64,000 nucleotides of DNA from Octopus sinensis (Eukaryota), in the NCBI RefSeq assembly GCF_006345805.1, contig NC_042997.1, positions 162,254,001 through 162,318,000 of the forward strand, read 5' to 3'. The notes beneath the pieces are model-generated. The model had not been told where the DNA came from. It was given only the letters and a program-made list of their open reading frames with translations, and did not search any database. A program made the translations under genes and the position numbers. Each line of letters starts with the position of its first letter. Within the stretch, counting starts at the first letter, position 1. Positions 25,109 to 37,990 of the stretch are shown here, piece by piece.

Positions 25109-25251
25109 CTTCGATATAGGTACCGGAAGTACCGGATACATTTCAAGAGTGTTTTTTTTTATATATATGGGGGGTGGGGGTGAAACGGGTTTCTGTTATC
25201 TTCAGAAATGTAAACAAAGCCACTTCCGGTACTACGGTACCTATACCGAAG
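25109..25251. repeat. 143-bp element with about 28-bp imperfect terminal inverted repeats
   Basis: cttcgatataggtaccggaagtaccgga versus ttccggtactacggtacctataccgaag; no TSD seen. Confidence 0.65.
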
Positions 25252-25387
25252 GATTGCCCAACAAAATAATTATCGTCACAACTGCTGACATCGACACATC
25301 ATTAATATTGTTACTAATCAATTTAAAACCGTTACATATATAGACACACACTATAAAGAGTCTGTGGCGATCTTTGGCGATCTTTCG

Positions 25388-26800
25388 TTAATGTAAGTGC
25401 CACAGTCCGCCTTCATTTTACGACGAAGAATACATCCAGTTATAGCAGGTTTGACTTGTAAATTGCAAAAAGAACATAAGTGAAGACCAAAACAGAACTA
25501 TTTGAATAATATCATGCATTATTTGAATTAAGTAACTCTAATAAGCATTCAATGTTAATTTCCTGAACAAGAGTAGTACAATGACGGAATGATATTGGTC
25601 GATCTACGAAGGAATCGTGTCACCTCCGAAATCCTGCCTACACGTTAGGATAGATATTAAACCGAGAAATAATATCATAGCATTAAAAACAACCTATCAA
25701 CCATAATATATCAATGAAAAATTCATGTTTACCTGACTGTCTTGTATGAAATATCTTGGTATGTTGATCTCAACAAACTTAAATTAAGAATTCTCCCACC
25801 ATGTTGTTGATGTGCAAAAATGTAAACGCAATGCGCAATGATCGTACATTCTTATATTGTTGATAAAAACAAAGCATTCAATGTTAATTTCCTGAACAAG
25901 AGTAGTACAATGACGGAATGATATTGGTCGATCTACGAAGGAATCGTGTCACCTCCGAAATCCTGCCTACACGTTAGGATAGATATTAAACCGAGAAATA
26001 ATATCATAGCATTAAAAACAACCTATCAACCATAATATATCAATGAAAAATTCATGTTTACCTGACTGTCTTGTATGAAATATCTTGGTATGTTGATCTC
26101 AACAAACTTAAATTAAGAATTCTCCCACCATGTTGTTGATGTGCAAAAATGTAAACGCAATGCGCAATGATCGTACATTCTTATATTGTTGATAAAAACA
26201 AGACTTGAAGTGTATATTTACTAAATTTGTTTATTCGATATAACTTTTGAGTGTTCTCTAGATAACCTAAGAGATCATCAAAACCTTATTTAGTGTGACA
26301 GTTGCGAAGATGGTTATAGTACTACATTTGCAGCGTAATGACACAATTGAATGAGACTGGACTAATTGGGAACCTCGTTTTGAAAAGTGATTTTAAACTT
26401 AAACGCGCGCCTTTTGATTATCCAATTCGTGCTACTTTAATGGTTCTTGGGTTGAAGATTATTTTCCCATTAGAATTTTATTCTCGATCAAGTTACAAAT
26501 GAAGGCAGATAGGAAATGTTAACTTTGATAATACTAAAAATTCAAATATTATTCGTTTAATGGTGGTAAATTATACTATGATTATTTTCGCTTAATATCT
26601 TCATTTCGAATTCCAAAATTTCATAATGCACAAGTAACTCAAAATCCGTAAGATGAGGTTCAGAACTTGACTTGTGCTTTACATAACTATGAAAGCAAAA
26701 AAGCGCCAACCTCGGTGAGATTTGAAATAGGAACTAAAATGAATGGGAATTTTGTTATTAACTTTGCTGATCTTGGAAATCTACCCACTTCTTTACCTAA
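25388..26800. repeat. Segmental duplication block 3, second copy
   Basis: Collinear with 6509-7620 apart from an internal 329-bp duplication. Confidence 0.9.
25543..26201. repeat. Perfect 2 x 329-bp tandem duplication
   Basis: aagcattcaatgttaatttcc starts at 25543 and 25872; no differences seen by eye; aa microhomology at the junction. Confidence 0.95.
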
Positions 26801-26829
26801 TCCACATATATATTGGTTTCAAATTTTGG

Positions 26830-27320
26830 CACAAGGCCAGCAATTTTGGTGGAGGGATAAGTCGATTCCTGAGTTTCCCTCTTCCACGAGTACTATCCAC
26901 TTTCAGTGATCGGTACTTCTTTATACAGCTGTCCTCATTCATACGCGTCACATGTCTAAACTAGCGTAGTCTTCTCTCTTGCATGCTACATTTGATTCCA
27001 CTTATGCCCAACTTTTCTCTCAATACATTTGCACTTTGCCGTACATGTGCACTAATGTTGCACATCTCAATGGAGCATAATACCTCCATTTCTCTCCAGT
27101 CTACGCATATCTTCTGCATTCAGAGCCCATGTCTCACTACCATGGACTATAACTGTCCATACACAAGCATCATATAGTCTACTTTTCACTCTGAGAGAGA
27201 ATCCTTTTGTTGCCAACAGAGGTAATAAGCTCTCTGAACTTCCTCCACCCATTATAGATATTGTACACACCGATGTTTTAATCAAAGGCTGTTTCAAGTG
27301 TCATAGCAGATTAGTGTTAG
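26830..27320 (-). mobile_element. RTE-clade LINE 3' fragment
   Basis: LLPLLATKGFSLRVKSRLYDACVWTVIVHGSETWALNAEDMRRLERN is typical RTE C-terminal sequence. Confidence 0.85.
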
Positions 27321-27454
27321 GGGCATACACTGTTGCAGCATATCGCTGCATCCACCATTTACCTGTATTTGCTTGGATCATCTCTGCAGCAAGAGTGAAT
27401 ATTGATTTCAAATTTTGGCACAAGGCCAGAAATTTGGAGGGAGTGGATAAGTTG

Positions 27455-28950
27455 ATCATAGCGTCGTCAGGTGTGGAGAAGCAGCGAGTTTTGACACGAA
27501 GGCATCTGAGGGTTTCGTGCGTGAATTCCGTCAGCTCATCACAACTGAGGAGTACACCGCATAACAGGTGATGAAACTGACCTTTTGTTTTCAGAAAAAA
27601 AAATGCCCAGAAGAACCTACATAACTGCAGAAAATGTCAGGCCACAAGCCCATGTGCCAATGTGATTGGAGACTTGAAGATTAAGCCGCTCTTTGTCTAC
27701 CATTGCAAAACCACACGAATGTTCAAAATCCTGAAGGAGAATCTACAGGTCATGTGGAGGGCAAATATTAAGATCTGGTTCACTAGGCAATTCTTTACCG
27801 AGTGGGTCAACCTTGTATTCGGACCAACAGTGAAAAAGTACCTTCTGGAGAACGATCTTCCTCTTAAGGACCCCTCGTCCTCGACAATGCTCCTGCTCAC
27901 CCTCTTAACCTCGAAGATGCATTCTTAGACGAATTTGAATTCATCCATAAAAGTTCTGTACCCTTCACGCAACATAACCCCTATCTTGCAGCCTATGGAC
28001 CAACAGGTGATTTCTAATTTTAAGAAATTGCACACCAAACACCTGTTTCGTCGGTGCTTTGAACTCATCGAAAATGCAAATTTAACCCTTCGTGAGTTTA
28101 GGTAGGAGCACTACAACATCGTTAACTGCTTGAAAATCATCGATATGGTCTGACAGGATGTAACGAGGAGAACGCTGAATTCTGCATGGTGGAAGTTGTG
28201 GCCCGACTGTGTATCCGAAAGAGACTTCGAGGGGTTTGAGTTTGAGACACCTGTAGTCGAGGAGATAGTGTCTCTTGGCAAGTCCATGGGCCTCGAGGTA
28301 GACGATGGTGTCATTAACGATCTCGTCAAGGAACACTCAGCGGAGCTGACAACAGATGGACTCCTGCAGCTTCAGGAGCAGCAGCATTCGGAAGAGATTA
28401 GTTTTCTAGAGGAGGATATTGTAGCGCAGAAGGCTATCTCTTCAAGTGACATAAAGCCAGTGTTGGCAAAGTGGCAGTATGTTCCTGAATTTGTAGAAAA
28501 AATCATCCTGAAAAAGTATGTACAGGTTGTGCAACTACTTTATTTGATAACACTGCTCTGGCACATTTTCGTAACATTTTGAAAGGCAAGAAAAAGCAAA
28601 CAAACTTAACTTGATATGTTTCTAATGATACGACCGGCAGGTGTAAAAAATGAAGAAGTGTGCCCCAAAAGCCTAAACTAAGAGAAGTGAGAGAGAAAAC
28701 GCAAGAAATTGTTTTTCCTGAAGTCTTAATGGAAGGAGATTCTCCTTTCAGGCAATAAACCTCCTCCCTACTCTATCGTCTTCCTCGCGCACAAAATCGT
28801 ATCATCTTTAAGGTAAATAAACTAATAAAACCATTTCACATATTTCTCTTGCATTCTTTTTTATTATGTTTATATAATTGTTATATTTTTTTCTGTTTTA
28901 AAACCCATAAAAATTGATTTTGGGGTGGTTTCTGGGGGCTGGAACGGATT
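27455..28950 (+). mobile_element. Tigger/pogo-family transposase relic
   Basis: VRCGEAASFD; KPLFVYH; VMWRANIKIWFTRQFFTEWVNLVFGPTVKKYLLENDLPLK; DNAPAHP; LQPMDQQVISNFKK; VEEIVSLGKSMGLEVD. Frameshifts and stops. Confidence 0.9.
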
Positions 28951-29079
28951 AGTTACGAGAAGTTACAGAATTTTTCTCTGTCGGACAAGCCCGTTGTAGT
29001 TTAGCTTCCACCGCTAGAAGCCACTTGGTGCAACCCTCAGACATCAGTCTGCCAACCGGCGGCGTCGGGGAAGCAAGTA

Positions 29080-29800
29080 CTGCCATGTAGTGCGTCTTTG
29101 TTTTGCAGTGCTTCTCCACTGTCCGTCGATTTTTGCCATGGCTGAAATGAAAGAACAGAACGCGTCCCTGAAATTGTTTTCTGCTGGGGAAAACGGCGGC
29201 CAGAACAGTTGTCATGCTTCAAACAGGTTTCAAGAACGCTGCTTTGTGCAAAACTCAAGTTTACAACTGGTTTTCACTCTTTAGGAACGATCACTTGTCA
29301 CTTGAAGACCAGTCTTGTTCAGGGCGGCCGTCGACTTCGCGAACGAATGCAAAAATCACGAAAGTTCATGAACTGATATCGGAGGACTGTCACTGAACAA
29401 TTGACGAACTTCTTAATATGACCGATGTGTCTTAGAGCTCCTGCCAACGAATTTTGAACGAGGAATTGCAAATGAAAAAAGTTGCAGCATAATTTGTGCC
29501 TCGCTTGCTCACGGAAGATCAAAAACAGTAATGACTGAATGTGTGTCGCGCACTGAAAGAACAGTTGGAAGTTGATCCGGACCCTTTTTGTTACCCCCAA
29601 TGAAAAAAGTCCTTAATGGAAAACTTTTTGTAGATGAAGGAAAAAAACGACGAAGGCGTTAAAAAGCATCACTCTTCAAGAGTTCCAGCACTGCTTCGAA
29701 TAGTGGAAAACGGGCCTGTACCGATGCACTGCTTCAAGCGGAGAATAATTTGAAGGCGATAAACGTGTAAACATATAAAACTAAGTAAATAATATATCAA
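29080..29800 (+). mobile_element. Mariner transposase relic, internally deleted
   Basis: MAEMKEQ; KTQVYNWFSLFRNDHLSLEDQSCSGRPSTS; FVPRLLTEDQKQ. Confidence 0.85.
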
Positions 29801-29985
29801 AATGATGCACAAACACTGCATCAGATCCAAATTGGATTATGGTAGCATTCCCTTCAGGATTCCAGTCTCACAATAGTAAACTAGTGGACATGTATTTAGA
29901 TTCCTTTTAAAGCATGTGCCTTCGGTTTTATTAATGGATGAATGTAATATGTTATTTTTCAGACTTATGGAAATACTATAGCCAA

Positions 29986-30146
29986 TTTTTCGATGTGGTG
30001 TCTATCAAAAAAAAAAAAAAAACTGTGTATATTTACGACTAAGAGGAAAGTGTTTGTCTATTAGAGTTTTTTCGATATGGTGTCTATCAAAAAAAAAAAA
30101 AACTTTCTATATTTACGACTAAGAGGAAAGTGTTTGTCTATTAGGG
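29986..30146. repeat. 2 x about 80-82-bp tandem duplication with poly(A) run
   Basis: cgat(g/a)tggtgtctatc(A16/A14)ct....tatatttacgactaagaggaaagtgtttgtctattag occurs twice. Confidence 0.9.
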
Positions 30147-30400
30147 TTAGGTGTCTTCCTATTTTAAATTCTACATTGAGTGAAAATGGGTGTGTGCATC
30201 ATTTGATATTACAGTGCTTCATTTTAATTATCCTTTATCATTTTAATTAATAATCCTTTAGCTACTAAGACAGAGGATTGCCTTATTGAATTTTTCCTCA
30301 TTGGCGGTCATACAAGGGATGTGGCTAAGGTTCATAAACACCAAAGGGTGTTTCATTTGGTTTGCTGAAGGTTTATGCAATCTAGTTCTTAAACATATTA

Positions 30401-30431
<31 letters not shown>

Positions 30432-30949
30432 TAATAATAATAATAATAATAATAATTGTGTACAGTGCTCGGGTGCACTACAACTCATCTAAAGTGTAAC
30501 AAGGAAGTGTAATGTGTAGTATCTTTGCTGTATTTCTCAATTTGTTTTATGTCATATTTGAGCTTAGTCTGGAAGGCTATATGAAAATTAATCTGCGTTA
30601 CCAGATCTAGGAAGATTGATTCAAAGGGTCCCTGAGTCTTAATTCGCAGAGGGCAGTTCTGTGTTTTGACACTATGACTGTATAATAATGTATCATTTAT
30701 GCCAGAGTAAAAAAAAGAGAAAGTTTGCTTTCTTGTATATGCATTGAACTAGACCTTCATTTTTCCACTGTACTTTCCTGACTTTCCTGGTCAACTACTT
30801 TACAGAGTGTATTGAGTGCTTTTACGCAGCACCGGAATGAGTGCGTTTACGTGGTACCAGTATGAGTGTTTTTTTACATGGCACCAGCACCCACGAGCCC
30901 GCAGGTTAGGAATGCTCACCTGTATGTGCACATAAGTTTGGTTGAATAA

Positions 30950-31410
30950 TCAAGAGATACAAAACTTAAGACACGAGTACAGAGTACATGCACATTTTTA
31001 TTTTTTTAATTGGCAGAAAGATATTAAAGTGACTTGAGGGCATAACACTTATCAAACTCTTGATCAGTGACAAACACGGAACTCTCAGCTCTTGAGTCAC
31101 TTATGCAAGTTTTTCCCATTAATGAAAAAATAAGTATATATGTTTGTGTTTATATGAGGTTTTGTAAAGAAAGAAATTGTTCTTTCCAGAGATGTCTTAC
31201 ATCCTAGCTTCCTCCGGTTTATCCATATATCTGTGAATTTATTGGAATTTGTTTCTCTGTGTTAGCCCTGAAGAGATCTCTACCTTTTGAATTTATAATA
31301 CAATTGTTAATTGTAAGGCCTCATATAATCGACAGTTATGCAAATAAATTGATTTTGCTAAATTAAAACTCTCCATTTTCTTTATATTATACTGCTATGT
31401 ATGTGTGTAT
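30950..31410 (+). mobile_element. Possible Penelope-like 3' remnant with a decayed hammerhead trace, running into (TA)n
   Basis: LKTRV..H-like translation near 30980; gccctgaagagatc...aatcgacagttatgc resembles CUGAAGA-GAUC..GAUC-GAAAC; heavily degraded. Confidence 0.3.
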
Positions 31411-31411
31411 A

Positions 31412-31790
<379 letters not shown>

Positions 31791-32194
31791 CATATGTGTG
31801 TATGTGCATGTATGTATATGACAGCATATATACATGTTTTCACACTCATCAATACATATACACACATGCTATCTTTCATTTTGTCAACTGAAATGACCTT
31901 GTCCGTTTTTTATTCTTTGCATCTAATGTTAAACTAGAAATGTTTTGCTAGCGACCTAGTAACTGTAACCTAAAACTTTTGCGTACGCTATTCCTGTTAT
32001 TTGATTCCTTTTAATGATAGCCTAACCATGAGTTTATTGGTTACGTATGCTCAGCAAAATATTTTAAAATTGAAGCTAAAACAACCCAATTGTTTAACGG
32101 CAGCAAGGCAAGAAAAGAAAATTTTGTAAGCTGATATATATATATACACACACACACTTATATACATACGCACATATATGCATTTATACACTAA

Positions 32195-32264
<70 letters not shown>

Positions 32265-32330
32265 CACAAAAAGGCGGTGCTCCAGCATGGCCGCAGTCAA
32301 ATGACTAAACCAAGTAAAAGAATAAAAGAA

Positions 32331-32414
<84 letters not shown>

Positions 32415-32429
32415 CATATATGCATATAT

Positions 32430-32845
32430 AGTTGTCGAACAATTCATGAGTTAAAAAAAAAGATAAAACCAAGCACGGATAAATTGGTAAAAAGAGTGAG
32501 CATATATCTTACTAATCGGGTTGCATACTAGGATTTGAAAACAATCGGCATTCATCAGAAAATGATGAAAGGAACAGTATGACGTGGGTTCTTTGCTCCT
32601 GGAGATCTGAAAAGGTCATATCCGGTCAGCTGGTCGTATAGCTATTGTAAAAGCTGGAACAAAATTGTCCCTGAGGGAAAAGAAATTTTTTGTACACTGG
32701 AGTAACATCCTTGAATTGGGAGCAAATAAAGCCACCACATTATTTGCTTCTAGCGTGGGGTTGAGGCTGGAGTGAAGTAGAAATGCAAGAAAGTGGAAAT
32801 AAAAGATAGCGGAAGATTAATTTCCTCATCATGTAACGTCGTGTG

Positions 32846-32931
<86 letters not shown>

Positions 32932-33800
32932 TGTGTGTGTGTGTATCAGTTAAGTGTGGTAAGCCTTATACTGATTTCGGTGACAAAAAAACCCGATATG
33001 GGTGCTCGAATGCTTATATTTATGGTGCAGTCGGTCAGTATTGTAGGACAAATCTGCGTTTATAAGGGCAGGATCGGAAAATTCTACTCTTACAGTTAAA
33101 GTAATAAAAGGGTGGAGATAGTTCTTTACTATGATCCTTTTCGCAGCTAAGCAGGGCCTGCCTCTCTTACAATTTTTATCGTAAGGTTGGCACTTTTCCA
33201 CTATCCTCCACTTGAGATCGTAATACGCAGCGTTCTTCCTCAACACCCATATATGCCTCGCTAGGGATGTGACATTCCCCCTCTCTAGGATGGTAAAAAG
33301 GGGAGGACTTTTGGTTGTTGAGTCTGGCTCTAAAGGGATCTTCTGTCGCACCCACATATTTTCACACGTCCGTCACTCCATGTGGATCATCTCAACTTCA
33401 CACAGGACAGTTTCTGCATTGCAATGGCCGTTAAGTGGATACACAGTGTTATCTCTGCATCGGCAGCCTGCCCCTATTTTAGATTTGAGCCTACTTGTTA
33501 GTATTTTCTTCTAAGAGGGACCCTCAAGCTGTGCTTATTAAATATTTTTTATACTAATGTGTTTGGGAAAAGTGTTCATGGACTAAACTAAGACAGATAC
33601 TGCTTACACAGTTCTTTCGTTCAGAGAAAATGGGGTTGTAGACCATATGGCTTGATGGTGGGATTTTCTCTTGGAGAGGGCAGGGTCGAGTACCTCAGAA
33701 AGTGGTGCTACCCCGTTAATGCTCCCTTGATAGTAGTAATTACATATAGCATTGTTTATTGGTTTATTAAACACTCTGGAATAGTGTAACCCTACAATAA
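32430..33800 (-). mobile_element. Penelope-like element remnant (Cys linker plus GIY-YIG C-terminal region), interrupted by (TG)n
   Basis: IWSTTPFSLN; GCRCRDNTVYPLNGHC; TSLARHIWVLRKNAAYYDLKWRIVEKCQPYDKNCKRGRPCLAAKRII (ORF 32950-33357). Confidence 0.75.
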
Positions 33801-34101
33801 TCAAGAAATGTTCATGGCGCTGTTTCGAATTTTGTATACATAACATAGCGGACAAAGTGAAATAAACTGCATCGATTGAAAGGGAAAAGTGAACGATTAA
33901 TCGTTAATAATCGGTAAAAGATATAAAAAATTGATAATAAAGGGTATTCGTAAAATGCAGTTGATTTATTTTAATAGTTCTGCTTTTTGTTTTTTTTTAA
34001 TTATTTATCCGAACGTTTAATAGCAGAAGATAAAATAGAAATAAAACCTGCGAAATCAATTTTGGTATAAAACATGAGCGCGCACGCCCCCTCTCTTTCT
34101 T

Positions 34102-34138
<37 letters not shown>

Positions 34139-34479
34139 GATATGCAAACCGCATTTAGGTACACATACATGCACTATGACAGTTGGCACCGTCATTTCAC
34201 TTTCAGTCGGTGCACTTAGTTTCTTATAATCCGCCATATTATATTACATATTATATTACATAAGCCCGAATGATTGCTCAGTTTATTCTACCCAACATTA
34301 TAATTTGGAATATACGTTAACAAAAAGTTCAAATACGAACACTCTAAAACGAACTATTCGTATCATAGAACCAGTGTCTCATTATTGCCAAGTTGATATT
34401 TGGAATATACGCTAACAAAGGATTCTCTCTTACGCGTTGACGTCAAAACAAATAAAACAGTTCTATATTTAAGAGATGA

Positions 34480-34610
34480 GAAATTATGTACATTATTTAC
34501 ATTATTTATATTCGACGGAAGACGGCTGGAGGGTATATCAGCCGAAACGTTGTGTTAACAACAAACGAGATGAGGACAAATATCTGTCGAATGTAAATAA
34601 TGTAAAAACA
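34480..34610 (+). mobile_element. Truncated family-A tail (hammerhead 5' core missing)
   Basis: ggctggagggtatatcagccgaaacgttgtgttaacaacaaacgagatgaggacaaatatc. Confidence 0.75.
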
Positions 34611-34741
34611 AATAAACTTTCTCATTTTCACTATCGTAATATAGTCAATATCATTAAAAAGGATGATGGCACATTATTTCCAATTAAGTGTTAAATACTT
34701 GTTTTCTTTATTTGAGATAAAAAATTTCATGTTTATTTCTG

Positions 34742-34895
34742 ACTGTGTGGCAAGAAGTTTTGCTTCCCAACCGCCTGGTTCTGTGCTCAGTCCCACGGAG
34801 AGGCACCGTGGACGAGCGTCTTCTATAGAGCCTCAAGACGTCCAAAGCCTCGTGAATAGATTTCGTAGACAGAAACTGAAAGAAGCCCGTAGTGT
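34742..34895 (+). mobile_element. Degenerate SINE
   Basis: tgtgtggcaagaagttttgcttcccaacc...gtagacagaaactgaaagaagcccgt, followed by gtgtgtatata. Confidence 0.55.
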
Positions 34896-35324
34896 GTATA
34901 TATATGTTTAATTTTCAAGGAAAGATCCGTAGAATCCGTAGAATATCTTTTAAGATATTAGTAACCACACGCGTGTATATAAATATGTAATTATATGTGT
35001 GTGTGTATTTGTCCTTCTTGACAATCGGTTTTGGCGTGTTTACGTCCTCGAAACTTAGCAGTTCAGCAAAAGAGTACCAGGCTTTGAAAAAATAAGTACT
35101 GAGGCTGATTTGTTCGTCTAAAATTCTTCCAGACGGTGCCTCAACATAGCCGCAGACTGAAACAAGTAAAGAGTAATACACACACACACACACATGCATA
35201 TACATACATAGATACCAATCGGTTTCACACTTCATACCACATTAAATAATGGTGTCTTCAGTAGAGTCGTGAATGGAGCGATTTTGATCACACGTTTGTT
35301 GGGTCAAGGCTGATCAGCAACTAA

Positions 35325-35371
35325 GCTCCTCCTCCCCTTCCCCTTCCTGTTCCGCCTCCTGCTCCTCCCCC

Positions 35372-35439
<68 letters not shown>

Positions 35440-35505
35440 ACTACTACTACTACAACTACCACCACCACCACCACCACCACCACCACCACCACCACCACCA
35501 CCACC

Positions 35506-35569
<64 letters not shown>

Positions 35570-35570
35570 G
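35325..35570. repeat. Compound trinucleotide microsatellite (CTC/CTA/CTG/CCA/CTA)
   Basis: Direct reading. Confidence 0.95.
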
Positions 35571-35595
35571 ACATTCATTGAATTGATACTACAAG

Positions 35596-35634
<39 letters not shown>

Positions 35635-36174
35635 TTATATATTTATATATATGTATATGTATAATTCTTAGTGTACTAAATCTACTAAACCCATTGGCAT
35701 CTCTCGGTGTTGAGCATTTAATTCTATAAAATCAAGTATCTATGATCTCAGATGGCAGTATAAGTGTTTTTGACCTAAAAGAACGGGGACATGAGAATTT
35801 TATTTATAGTTATATTAACAGTATCAGTTCAGTGAGCCTTCATCAAGTGGTATAACCTTTTACTTGATTATATTCTGTTTTCTAAAAAATATACTATTTC
35901 TATTAGAAAAGCAAGATTTTATAAATGAGCCGACGACTTGGTAGAAATAGTAGCTAAACCTCTCTCTCAAACTTCGCTTGATAATCTTAGAAGAACATCC
36001 TTGTATAAATGTAACCAGAAGCGCATTGATGTTACTCCACCCACCACAAAAAAAAAACAAAAACAAAACAAACAAGCAAACAAACAAACAAACAAAAGGG
36101 GGATGATTATAGCTGGGATGTTTTTTCATCATAGGTTTGTTTAGTCAGGGCCGGCCAAGGGCTAAAGAAAACGA

Positions 36175-36290
36175 GAAAGCAAAGAGGAAGAAGGAGAAGA
36201 AGAAGAAGAAGAAGAAGAAGAAGGAGAAGGAGAAGAAGAGAAGAAGAAGAAGAAGAAGAAGAAGAAGAAGAAGAAGAAGAAGAAGAACAA

Positions 36291-36322
<32 letters not shown>

Positions 36323-36384
36323 GCAATAGCAACAACAACAACCGCAATAGCAACAACAACAGCAACAACAGCAGCAGCAACAAT

Positions 36385-36422
<38 letters not shown>

Positions 36423-36444
36423 CAACAACAACAACAAACAACAA

Positions 36445-36486
<42 letters not shown>

Positions 36487-36738
36487 TAGCAACAACAACA
36501 ACAGCAATAGCAACAACAACAACAACAACAACAGCAGCAGCAATAGCAACAACAACAACCGCAATAGCAGCAGCAACAACAACAACAACAGCAATAGCAA
36601 CAACAACAACAACAACAACAACAGCAACAGCAACAACAACAACAACAACAGCAATAGCAACAACAACAAACAACAACAGCAATAGCAACAACAACAACAA
36701 CAACAGCAACAACAATAACAACAATGACGACGACGACT

Positions 36739-36777
<39 letters not shown>

Positions 36778-36790
36778 CCACCAAAAGCAA
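36175..36790. repeat. Compound trinucleotide microsatellite (GAA to CAA/CAG with CAATAG interruptions)
   Basis: Direct reading; source of the poly-K/R/T/A/N/S ORFs. Confidence 0.95.
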
Positions 36791-36814
36791 CAACAGTATG
36801 ATTATACAATCAGA

Positions 36815-36960
36815 TAGGTCGACTTTGCCTTTCATCCTTTCGAGGTGTCGATAAATTAAGTACCAGTTACGCACTGGATTCGATGTAATCGACTTAATCA
36901 GTTTGTCTGTCCTTGTTTGACCCCTCTGTGTTTAGCCCCTTGTGGGTAGTAAAGAAATAG
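36815..36960 (+). mobile_element. Family-1 SINE, 5'-truncated
   Basis: ggtcgactttgcctttcatcctttcg...gggtagtaaagaaatag. Confidence 0.85.
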
Positions 36961-37200
36961 ATTATACAATCAGTTCAATGACTAAAACAAGTAAAAGATA
37001 CAATCTCATTATATTGGTTGTACGCAACCTACAAAGCTTTTTTTTTCTGAAATTTTCCAACTGTAAAGGTAATTTATGCATACGCCTGTGCCTATACATT
37101 TATAGTTTTAATTAACATTTAACTATTCATTGCTCATGCAGAAGGCACCCCTGGGAAAATTCCTCTATGTCGTTAAGAAATATAACCCTTCTCTAAAATA

Positions 37201-37710
37201 TCTCTCTATATAAAACTCTAGTTGTGTGAGTGTCTGTCCCCTTCGATTTAGATTCCTAACTCCTCCCACATTTTGCGGTGCAGTTTAACCAAATTCGGGT
37301 ATCTTATAGTCGTGATTCATATCGAGCCCGTCTAGCTATTAGCGCGCGTCAACGATGAGTCTACGATTTTTAAAATAATTTAACATAATTTTTTATTCCA
37401 TTTTAATGCATAATTTTTCGTGTGTCGATGGCAGCGGAGTTGGCGTCCACGCTCACAGCTGCACCTGTTTGCTTCTCCCCCTTCCCTCCCTCGTGAAGCT
37501 GTGGGGAAGGGAGTGTAAAGAAATCAACGTCGTAATGCGTTGTCAAGGAGACCAGCGTTCTTTTAGAACAACGACTTCATGGCTTGAAGACACCAAAACA
37601 GAAATGGCTAAGAAAGCCTGAATTGGCATCTATAAGGGAAGTAACTCTCTAAAAATGCTTATATAGTTATTTCCCTTACAAACCCGAGCAACGCCGGGCG
37701 ATACTGCTAG
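37201..37710 (+). mobile_element. Non-autonomous Helitron (510 bp)
   Basis: Starts TC(tctctatataaaa) after A37200; ends with hairpin cccgagcaacgccggg, 8 nt, then CTAG, followed by T37711. A|T insertion with no TSD. Confidence 0.8.
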
Positions 37711-37757
37711 TTCTTTATACGTATGCCATGATGATAGGAATATCGCACTGTATCTGG

Positions 37758-37990
37758 TGGCGGCGAGCTGGCAGAAACGTTAGCACGCCGGGCGAAATGC
37801 TTAGCGGTATTTCGTCTGCGTTACGTTGTGAGTTCAAATTCCGCCGAGGTCGACTTTGCCTTTCATCCTTTCGGGGTCGATAAATTAAGTACCAGTTACG
37901 CACTGGAGTCGATGTAATCGACTTAATACCTATGTTTGTTCTTGTTTGTCCCCTCTGTGTTTAGCCCCTTGTGGGTAATAAAGAAATAGG
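37758..37990 (+). mobile_element. Family-1 SINE, near full length
   Basis: ggcggcgagctggcagaaacgttagcacgccgggcgaaatgc...gggtaataaagaaataggta. Confidence 0.9.

Noticed and set aside
35304-36809. Homopolymeric ORFs (poly-V/S/G/K/R/T/N/C/L), also at 61198-61768
   Set aside because: Trinucleotide microsatellites open in several frames on both strands.
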